Positions 10,001 to 22,000 of a stretch of 64,000 nt of DNA are shown in pieces. A program made the position numbers and the translations under genes. Below the pieces are notes generated by a model, which ran no database searches, was not told where the DNA came from, and saw nothing but the letters and a program-made list of their open reading frames with translations. Location of the stretch: assembly GCF_964355755.1 (NCBI RefSeq), contig NC_092671.1, forward strand, positions 25,804,070 to 25,868,069, read 5' to 3'. The stretch is from Antedon mediterranea (lineage: Eukaryota; Animalia; Echinodermata). The first letter of the stretch is position 1; every line of letters starts with the position of its first letter.

Positions 10001-13000
10001 GATTATAGATTTTAAAAAGAATTTGAACACGTAAGCTACATTTGAAAATTACCTGCCATCAATATGATGGATTATGATTATAGATTTAAAAAAGAATTTG
10101 AACACGTCAGCTGCATTTGGAAATTTGGAAATTACCTGCCATCAATATGATGGATTATGATTGTATAGTACCTGCCATCAATATGATGGATTATGATTAT
10201 AGATTTAAAAAAGAATTTGAACACGTAAGCTACATTTGAAAATTACTTGCCATCAATATGATGGATTATGATTGTATAGATTTAAAAGAAAATGTGAACA
10301 CGTACGTAAGCTACATTTGGAATGAACATGTTAAGGGCATCAGTTAAGATCATTCATGCAAAGGTTTCCGTCATCTTTAGCGTTGTTACAGCGGCATAAA
10401 GCTGTACATGGTAGTTTTGACTTCTTGCACCTACATTTATTGGTTATGTATCGTGTCTTGCATCCACAATAAATCATCTCTAACGAAGCAGTAGGAATAG
10501 CTTCATTTTTCAGAAGCACTGGTTGAAGTTTACCATTAGATAGCTCCCAACCAGAATATGTTGGTGATGGCAAATGCTGGATTGGCGATACAGCTTTTTT
10601 CCATACGAGTGCTTGGAAGTGTGCTCTTTTTATATGTTGGTGCACTGCATCGCTTGTTGGAGGTAATGCCTTTTTTTTTTTAAAGCCTAACTTTATTGGT
10701 ACTTTTAACTTGACCAACACCGTAAACGTAGCAAATGAATCTTTCCGATTTCATAATAACTTGGTCACTGATAGGTTTTCTCCCAGGTCTTTAATTAGTT
10801 CATACCTTTTTTTAATACTTCCCATGCCGATGCCTTTGAGTGACCACTTAGATATGAGCAGTGAAGAGTTAAATTACTGTATGTATGTATTAATATAATT
10901 TAACTCTTCCCTGGATATGAGGTAGTATCGCATCCACTAATAGTGTGGAATGGAATCAGTGCTTTTGCAGAACCCTCGGGCAAGGCTTGAAAAATGTCTT
11001 TTATAGATACTTTCTTTTTTTGGATGTCCCTATCATCATCCATTTGGATACCATGCTTTGGTAGTGAGACACTAGAATCACTAGTACGTACGTCTGTATC
11101 CCTAGAAGCAACTACAACTGTGTCGTATCGGACATTGGCAGCATGACAAGTCTCGTGTCCTATTCTTCATGGTCTGACCAGAGACAACGTATTCGTGTAC
11201 AATTTTGATGATTTAACAACTGATTCTTTCATAAATCCACCAGCTGTGACAATTTCTTTGTCTACAGGAGCTTGACGAATCAACTCCTCTGATAGAAATC
11301 GTGTCAGATCTGCATTATTATCTTGTAATGCCAACAAGTTTGACCAGCAATTTGGCAGCGGTATTTCACCACTTTCTATAATTCGACGAATTGGTCTCTG
11401 TGTTTTGGTTCATCTTTGTCTGGTGGTGTCCTTTATCGACAGTTTTAAGTTAGGCATGCCATGTTAAAAAAAACAAAAAACCAGAGGCATTATCTCCAAC
11501 AAGCGATGCAGTGCACCAGCATATAAAAAGAGCACACTTCCAAAAGCTGTATCGCCAATCCAGCATTTGCCATCACCAACATATTTTGGTTGGGAGCTAT
11601 CTAATGGTAAACTTCAACCAGTGCTTCTGAAAAATGGAGCTATTCCTACTGCTTCGTTAGAGATGATTTATTGTTGATGCAATACACGATGCATAACCAT
11701 ATAGATGTAGGTGCAAAAAGTCAAAACTACCATGTACAGCTTTAATATGCTACTGTAACAACGCTAAAGATGACGGAAACATTTGCATGAATGATCAAAA
11801 CTGATGCCCTTAACATGTTCATTCCAAATGTAGCTTACGTGTTCACTTTTCTTTCAAACCTATACAATCATAATCCATCATATTGATGGCAGGTACTATA
11901 CAATCATAATCCATCATATTGATGGCAGGTAATTTCCAAATGTAGCTGACGTGTTCAAATCCTTTTTTAAATCTATAATCATAATCCATCATATTGATGG
12001 CAGGTAATTTTCAAATGTAGCTTATGTGTTCAAATTCTTTTTTAAATCTATAATCATAATCCATCATATTGATGGCAGGTAATTTCCAAATGTAGCTGAC
12101 ATGTTCACATTTTTAAAAATCTATAATCATACTCCATCATATTGATGGCAGGTAATTTCAAATTTCAACAAATGTAACTTGCGTGTTCAATTTTTTTTTA
12201 ATCTATATAAATCATAACACATCATATTTGATGGCAGTGAATTTTATAATTTTACTAATTATTATTGAGTATAAATAATTTCATAGTTATGCAATTATAT
12301 TATATTCAGTATACAGTAGGCCTATGCTGTAGTTTAAAGGTCAATAACCATACTATCGGCCATTCTTGTACAAAATGTGCCATTAGACTGTATAGAAACA
12401 CACATGTTTTAAACAATTTAAAAAGAAAAAAAAAATTCATAAGACCACAATTTTCAAAGTTATATTATTATTATATTATTATATTTGACTAATAGTTCAA
12501 AGGTCAATAGTTGTAGAATCGGCCATTTTTTGTAAAAACATTTCATTATAATAAATAAGAATGTATAGTTTCTGAACAATTTGAGCCCTATTTCGTGTCT
12601 CTCCGATTATTGGTTACTGAGATACGATAAATCAAGGTCAAAGGTCAAAATGTCAGAAATAAGACTTGCATCCATTTTTTGAGAAAATGTGTCATTAAAG
12701 TGAATATAAAAACATATATTTAAAACATTTTGACACCAAAATTAATTATCTGTGACTAGTGGTTCTCGAGATATAGGGTAATTATAAAAAATGGCCGCCA
12801 TTTTTAATTATGCAAATTAAGGGCTTAGATGGCCGAATTTCGCTTGGGATCCGCCATATTCGTAATCAGCGAGGTCGAAATATCCTAAATCAAGTGGATC
12901 CCAGCTTCTACCCAAAAATGCTTCTTACATCATATTTCAGAGGAAATAGAACTTGTCTATAATATTAGAGGGAAAAGGTGAACACACTTATATATATAAT

Positions 13001-16000
13001 TATAAGAATAAACTTGTTAAACATGTACAGTATATAGAATTACTGTATAATAAATCAGGGGTGCTAATTTTCCTATATTTATGTTGTCGATAAAGCTAAT
13101 AAATTACAGGTGTATTTACAATTTAAACGCAAATTTACAATTTAAACAATCAAGACAATATTGAGAACTTACTTTAAAAATCCTACTTTGTGTTTCTTTG
13201 GATCATGATCACCATAAACAATCTGAAATGATAAAAACAAACAGTTAACAGTTTTTTTTCAACTCCAGTTTTAAGTACTATGGTTGAGGAGTACTTTGAA
13301 CCTACACAATATTACAGTTGTGGTGTGAAGTACTCTTGTCTTAGCTCATCAGTCAATCGACTCCTATTAAAGACCACTTTTGGGACCAGGGTTTTGTTTT
13401 AGTGGTCTTTGGGTAGTGTTGGTCTCTAATTAGAATCCCTCTAATCAATGACCGGCACTAGAAGTTGTCTTTATTTCCTATTTAGAGATAAATTGGAAGA
13501 AGCAGCTAAATGGTAGGTGATAGATCATCTGGGCCATGGTACAGTGGATGGATTCTTTAACTGGAGGGAAACCTTTATTTAATTTTAGATATCATTAATC
13601 TTACAAGAAAACTATACCTGCATGTATATGCCAGCTAATAGTACAGCATCATTGTCAGAACATGGATACATTGCTTTGAGAATATTTAATAAGCATTCAT
13701 CAAATAACATCTTTATTGCTTGTGGGTCTTTTATCTGTCATGAAAAAAGTCAAAAACTATGTAATTCATAATGTTCTACTGTAATTGTATCTTCCTGAAC
13801 ACGGACAAAAACATATTGTGAAAGAGTTTTAAATTTCTGAAGTGAGTACTTTATCTGATGAGCACTTTTCAAGATCAAGTCACGTGACTTTTTAAGTTTC
13901 ATTCCATAAGTTCCAAATGTCTTCATCTTACCAATCTTTCATCATTGAGTGTAAGAAGAGCATCTCTTCTTAAGTAGAGGACGGGTCGCTCAGTATCCGG
14001 GTTATAATTTGTAAGTTGTCTAACTATTGCATCCCACTGTCGAATGTGAAGAATCGGTTTATGCTCTGGTCTCATTTGAAGATCTATATCATAAAGATAA
14101 ATTTGAATGTACATATTATTAATCTTTTACTATTGGTTCAGTACCATTCAATTTATCATGGTTACAAAACTGAGCCACTGTACAATACCTTTAGCTTAGT
14201 TTACAATCCTATACTGTAACTGGGTAATAATTAAGAAGAATACAAACTGTTTTTTAATTTTTATTATTTGTTTATTGATAGTTTACCTGACTGACTAACT
14301 GGTTTACCTGACTAACTAATAGGGTTTACCTGATTAACTAGTTGAACTGACTAACCAGTTTACCTGACTGACTAACTGGTTTACATAACTGACTAACTAG
14401 ATTACCTGACTTTATACTAAGCCTACATTTTCTTTCACAAATAAACACATTGTAATTTAAAAAGGTCAAACTTACGTAGACTTTGTGAAGCTATCCATAT
14501 TGCAAATACATGGTGACAACCCTTAGGAAGTTCCAATTGCTGAAAAGTTAAGAAAATATAGTTGAAATAAATGTTGCATACACTACACACCAACCAACCA
14601 ATTTACATGTTGTTTACAGAATTTTCCTAAAAGTTTTTAGTCTAAGCTTATAAAATAGCTAGCTTTCGTTTTGGACTAGTAGACAAATTTAATCTGCACA
14701 TTTGTATACACTGTTTAAGTAATTATCAGGCCTATATTTGGTCAATTTCAAAGTTTTCATTCGGCCAAAACAAAACTCACTACATACTGTACTGGACCGA
14801 ACTGCCATTTTGTGTACCCTAACTATTCAGAAAAGATGGTGTAAAATAAGTAACATGTTCATTCAGAACACAGGGTAGAGATTTGTTAATACATCTGGTA
14901 TATGAACAATTACCACATTCCTTCCACTGATTTTAGAAGAAACTAAATAGTAAAATATGTAGATAACTCACTTTAAGTAATTGAGCAACAGAAGTATTGC
15001 TACCAGCAACAACATCCAAAACAACATGTGATCCATCTAAGTCCATTAGATGTACATCCACTTTAATTGGCTGTGAAGTAATAAAAACAGAATAACTAAT
15101 ACCCATACATTTAACATACACCATTTGTACATTTGACATACACCATTTGTACATTTGACATGTACACCATTTGTCCTACTCTTTCTGTAAATTTGACCTA
15201 CTCCTTCTGTACATTTGACTTACTGCCTCTGTACATTTGACCTACTCCCTTTGGACATTTGACTTACTGCCTCTTTACATTTGACCAACTCCCTCTGTAC
15301 ATTTGACTTACTGCCTCTGTAAATTTGACCTACTCCCTCTGTACATTTGACTTACTGCCTCTGTACATTTGACCTACTCCCTTTGTACATTTGACCTACT
15401 GCCTCTGTACATTTGACCTACTCCCTTTGTACATTTGACCTACTGCCTCTGTACATTTGACCTACTCCCTTTGGACATTTGACTTACTGCCTCTGTACAT
15501 TTGACCTACTCCCTTTGGACATTTGACTTACTGCCTCTTTACATTTGACCAACTCCCTCTGTACATTTGACTTACTGCCTCTGTACATTTGACCTACTCC
15601 CTCTGTAAATTTGACCTACTCCCTCTGTACATTTGACCTACTGCCTCTGTACATTTGACCTACTGCCTCTGTACATTTGACCTACTGCCTCTGTACATTT
15701 GACCTACTCCCTTTGTACATTTGACCTACTGCCTCTGTACATTTGACCTACTCCCTCTGTACATTTGACTTACTGCCTCTGTACATTTGACCTACTCCCT
15801 TTGTACATTTGACTTACTACTTCTGCACATTTGACCTACTCCCTCTGTACATTTGACCTACTCCTTCTGTACATTTGACCTACTCCCTTTGTACATTTGA
15901 CCCACTCCCTCTGTACATTTGACCTACTCCCTCTGTACATTTGACCTACTCCCTCTGTACATTTGACCTACTCCCTCTGTACATTTGACCTACTCCCTCT

Positions 16001-19000
16001 GTACATTTGACCTACTCCCTCTGTACATTTGACCTACTCCCTCTGTACATTTGACCTACCCCCTCTGTACATTTGACCTACTCCCTCAGCCTCTGTACAA
16101 TAATAACAATAATAATAACAACACCTTTATTAAAAGGATTTCTTCATTTTCCAGGTGTCATTCTAACATATTTCTAATTTCAGATTTGCAATAACCTAGG
16201 ACCAACACATATTGTGTCATTGTCCATCTCCTGGACCTAGAATCAACCAACACATATTGTGTCATTGGCCAGCTCCTGGACCTAGAATCAACCAACACAT
16301 ATTGTGTCATTGGCCAGCTCCTGGACCTAGAATCAACCAACACATATTGTGTCATTGGCCAGCTCCTGGACCTAGAATCAACCAACACATATTGTGTCAT
16401 TGGCCAGCTCCTGGACCTAGAATCAACCAACACATATTGTGTCATTGGCCATCTCCTGGACCTAGAATCAACCAACACATATTGTGTCATTGGCCAGCTC
16501 CTGGACCTAGAATCAACCAACACATATTGTGTCATTGGCCATCTCCTGGACCTAGAATCAACCAACACATATTGTGTCATTGGCCAGCTCCTGGACCTAG
16601 AATCAACCAACACATATTGTGTCATTGTCCATCTCCTGGACCTAGAATCAACCAACACATATTGTGTCATTGGCCAGCTCCTGGACCTAGAATCAACCAA
16701 CACATATTGTGTCATTGGCCATCTCCTGAACCTAGAATCAACCAACACATATTGTGTCATTAGCCAGCTCCTGAACCTAGAATCAACCAACACATATTGT
16801 GTCATTGGCCAGCTCCTGAACCTAGAATCAACCAACACATATTGTGTCATTGGCCAGCTCCTGGACCTAGAATCAACCAACACATATTGTGTCATTGGCC
16901 ATCTCCTGGACCTAGAATCAACCAACACATATTGTGTCATTGGCCAGCTCCTGGACCTAGAATCAACCAACACATATTGTGTCATTGGCCATCTCCTGGA
17001 CCTAGAATCAACCAACACATATTGTGTCATTGGCCAGCTCCTGGACCTAGAATCAACCAACACATATTGTGTCATTGGCCAGCTCCTGGACCTAGAATCA
17101 ACCAACACATATTGTGTCATTGGCCAGCTCCTGGACCTAGAATCAACCAACACATATTGTGTCATTGTCCATCTCCTGGACCTAGAATCAACCAACACAT
17201 ATTGTGTCATTAGCCAGCTCCTGGACCTAGAATCAACCAACACATATTGTGTCATTGTCCATCTCCTGGACCTAGAATCAACCAACACATATTGTGTCAT
17301 TGTCCATCTCCTGGACCTAGAATCAACCAACACATATTGTGTCATTGTCCATCTCCTGGACCTAGAATCAACCAACACATATTGTGTCATTGGCCAGCTC
17401 CTGGACCTAGAATCAACCAACACATATTGTGTCATTGGCCATCTCCTGGACCTAGAATCAACCAACACATATTGTGTCATTGGCCAGCTCCTGGACCTAG
17501 AATCAACCAACACATATTGTGTCATTGTCCATCTCCTGGACCTAGAATCAACCAACACATATTGTGTCATTGGCCAGCTCCTGGACCTAGAATCAACCAA
17601 CACATATTGTGTCACTGGCCATCTCCTGAACCTAGAATCAACCAACACATATTGTGTCATTAGCCAGCTCCTGAACCTAGAATCAACCAACACATATTGT
17701 GTCATTGGCCAGCTCCTGAACCTAGAATCAACCAACACATATTGTGTCATTGGCCAGCTCCTGGACCTAGAATCAACCAACACATATTGTGTCATTGGCC
17801 ATCTCCTGGACCTAGAATCAACCAACACATATTGTGTCATTGGCCAGCTCCTGGACCTAGAATCAACCAACACATATTGTGTCATTGGCCATCTCCTGGA
17901 CCTAGAATCAACCAACACATATTGTGTCATTGGCCAGCTCCTGGACCTAGAATCAACCAACACATATTGTGTCATTGGCCAGCTCCTGGACCTAGAATCA
18001 ACCAACACATATTGTGTCATTGGCCAGCTCCTGGACCTAGAATCAACCAACACATATTGTGTCATTGTCCATCTCCTGGACCTAGAATCAACCAACACAT
18101 ATTGTGTCATTAGCCAGCTCCTGGACCTAGAATCGACCAACACATATTGTGTCATTGTCCATCTCCTGGACCTAGAATCAACCAACACATATTGTGTCAT
18201 TGTCCATCTCCTGGACCTAGAATCAACCAACACATATTGTGTCATTGTCCATCTCCTGGACCTAGAATCAACCAACACATATTGTGTCATTGTCCATCTC
18301 TTGGACCTAGAATCAACCAACACATATTGTGTCATTAGCCAGCTCCTGGACCTAGAATCAACCAACACATATTGTGTCATTGTCCATCTCCTGGACCTAG
18401 AATCAACCAACACATATTGTGTCATTGTCCATCTCCTGGACCTAGAATCAACCAACACATATTGTGTCATTGTCCATCTCCTGGACCTAGAATCAACCAA
18501 CACATATTGTGTCATTGTCCATCTCCTGGACCTAGAATCAACCAACACATATTGTGTCATTGGCCAGCTCCTGGACCTAGAATCAACCAACACATATTGT
18601 GTCATTGGCCAGCTCCTGGACCTAGAATCAACCAACACATATTGTGTCATTGGCCATCTCCTGGACCTAGAATCAACCAACACATATTGTGTCATTGGCC
18701 AGCTCCTGGACCTAGAATCAACCAACACATATTGTGTCATTGGCCAGCTCCTGGACCTAGAATCAACCAACACATATTGTGTCATTGTCCATCTCCTGGA
18801 CCTAGAATCAACCAACACATATTGTGTCATTAGCCAGCTCCTGGACCTAGAATCAACCAACACATATTGTGTCATTGTCCATCTCCTGGACCTAGAATCA
18901 ACCAACACATATTGTGTCATTGTCCATCTCCTGGACCTAGAATCAACCAACACATATTGTGTCATTGTCCATCTCCTGGACCTAGAATCAACCAACACAT

Positions 19001-22000
19001 ATTGTGTCATTGTCCATCTCCTGGACCTAGAATCAACCAACACATATTGTGTCATTGGCCAGCTCCTGGACCTAGAATCAACCAACACATATTGTGTCAT
19101 TGTCCATCTCCTGGACCTAGAATCAACCAACACATATTGTGTCATTGTCCATCTCCTGGACCTAGAATCAACCAACACATATTGTGTCATTGTCCATCTC
19201 CTGGACCTAGAATCAACCAACACATATTGTGTCATTGTCCATCTCCTGGACCTAGAATCAACCAACACATATTGTGTCATTGTCCATCTCCTGGACCTAG
19301 AATCAACCAACACATATTGTGTCATTGGCCAGCTCCTGGACCTAGAATCAACCAACACATATTGTGTCATTGGCCAGCTCCTGGACCTAGAATCAACCAA
19401 CACATATTGTGTCATTGGCCATCTCCTGGACCTAGAATCAACCAACACATATTGTGTCATTGGCCAGCTCCTGGACCTAGAATCAACCAACACATATTGT
19501 GTCATTGGCCAGCTCCTGGACCTAGAATCAACCAACACATATTGTGTCATTGGCCAGCTCCTGGACCTAGAATCAACCAACACATATTGTGTCACTGGCC
19601 ATCTCCTGAACCTAGAATCAACCAACACATATTGTGTCATTAGCCAGCTCCTGAACCTAGAATCAACCAACACATATTGTGTCATTGGCCAGCTCCTGAA
19701 CCTAGAATCAACCAACACATATTGTGTCATTGGCCAGCTCCTGGACCTAGAATCAACCAACACATATTGTGTCATTGGCCATCTCCTGGACCTAGAATCA
19801 ACCAACACATATTGTGTCATTGGCCAGCTCCTGGACCTAGAATCAACCAACACATATTGTGTCATTGGCCATCTCCTGGACCTAGAATCAACCAACACAT
19901 ATTGTGTCATTGGCCAGCTCCTGGACCTAGAATCAACCAACACATATTGTGTCATTGGCCAGCTCCTGGACCTAGAATCAACCAACACATATTGTGTCAT
20001 TGGCCAGCTCCTGGACCTAGAATCAACCAACACATATTGTGTCATTGTCCATCTCCTGGACCTAGAATCAACCAACACATATTGTGTCATTAGCCAGCTC
20101 CTGGACCTAGAATCGACCAACACATATTGTGTCATTGTCCATCTCCTGGACCTAGAATCAACCAACACATATTGTGTCATTGTCCATCTCCTGGACCTAG
20201 AATCAACCAACACATATTGTGTCATTGTCCATCTCCTGGACCTAGAATCAACCAACACATATTGTGTCATTGTCCATCTCTTGGACCTAGAATCAACCAA
20301 CACATATTGTGTCATTAGCCAGCTCCTGGACCTAGAATCAACCAACACATATTGTGTCATTGTCCATCTCCTGGACCTAGAATCAACCAACACATATTGT
20401 GTCATTGTCCATCTCCTGGACCTAGAATCAACCAACACATATTGTGTCATTGTCCATCTCCTGGACCTAGAATCAACCAACACATATTGTGTCATTGTCC
20501 ATCTCCTGGACCTAGAATCAACCAACACATATTGTGTCATTGGCCAGCTCCTGGACCTAGAATCAACCAACACATATTGTGTCATTGGCCAGCTCCTGGA
20601 CCTAGAATCAACCAACACATATTGTGTCATTGGCCATCTCCTGGACCTAGAATCAACCAACACATATTGTGTCATTGGCCAGCTCCTGGACCTAGAATCA
20701 ACCAACACATATTGTGTCATTGGCCAGCTCCTGGACCTAGAATCAACCAACACATATTGTGTCATTGTCCATCTCCTGGACCTAGAATCAACCAACACAT
20801 ATTGTGTCATTAGCCAGCTCCTGGACCTAGAATCAACCAACACATATTGTGTCATTGTCCATCTCCTGGACCTAGAATCAACCAACACATATTGTGTCAT
20901 TGTCCATCTCCTGGACCTAGAATCAACCAACACATATTGTGTCATTGTCCATCTCCTGGACCTAGAATCAACCAACACATATTGTGTCATTGTCCATCTC
21001 CTGGACCTAGAATCAACCAACACATATTGTGTCATTGGCCAGCTCCTGGACCTAGAATCAACCAACACATATTGTGTCATTGTCCATCTCCTGGACCTAG
21101 AATCAACCAACACATATTGTGTCATTGTCCATCTCCTGGACCTAGAATCAACCAACACATATTGTGTCATTGTCCATCTCCTGGACCTAGAATCAACCAA
21201 CACATATTGTGTCATTGTCCATCTCCTGGACCTAGAATCAACCAACACATATTGTGTCATTGTCCATCTCCTGGACCTAGAATCAACCAACACATATTGT
21301 GTCATTGTCCATCTCCTGGACCTAGAATCAACCAACACATATTGTGTCATTGGCCAGCTCCTGGACCTAGAATCAACCAACACATATTGTGTCATTGGCC
21401 ATCTCCTGGACCTAGAATCAACCAACACATATTGTGTCATTGGCCAGCTCCTGGACCTAGAATCAACCAACACATATTGTGTCATTGTCCATCTCCTGGA
21501 CCTAGAATCAACCAACACATATTGTGTCATTGTCCATCTCCTGGACCTAGAATCAACCAACACATATTGTGTCATTAGCCAGCTCCTGGACCTAGAATCA
21601 ACCAACACATATTGTGTCATTGTCCATCTCCTGGACCTAGAATCAACCAACACATATTGTGTCATTGTCCATCTCCTGGACCTAGAATCAACCAACACAT
21701 ATTGTGTCATTGTCCATCTCCTGGACCTAGAATCAACCAACACATATTGTGTCATTGTCCATCTCCTGGACCTAGAATCAACCAACACATATTGTGTCAT
21801 TGGCCAGCTCCTGGACCTAGAATCAACCAACACATATTGTGTCATTGTCCATCTCCTGGACCTAGAATCAACCAAACCTGTGTTGAGGAATTGAATGAGG
21901 ATGCAGGACCCAATGTCAAACATTTTATTTATTTTATTTTATTTCATCAAAACCAACAGCAACAAAAGTGGCCACTTAAAGGTATGAAACAGAAAAAATA

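Larger units (their letters stand above)
8926..12959 (-). mobile_element. AcademX DNA transposon derivative, fold-back structure with ~1.5-1.8 kb inverted arms, intronic in KRIT1
   Basis: 5'-TAGAC...GTCTA-3' termini, TAA duplicated on both sides (8923-8925, 12960-12962); arms 8926-10693 and 11447-12959; internal XPG-like and Cys-rich remnants. TAG/CTA termini, 3-4 bp TSD, XPG and Cys8 finger are the known Academ signature. Confidence 0.85.

Noticed and set aside
16201-21875. CRISPR-like array
   Set aside because: Units are contiguous with no unique spacers, there are no cas genes, and the array lies in a eukaryotic intron.
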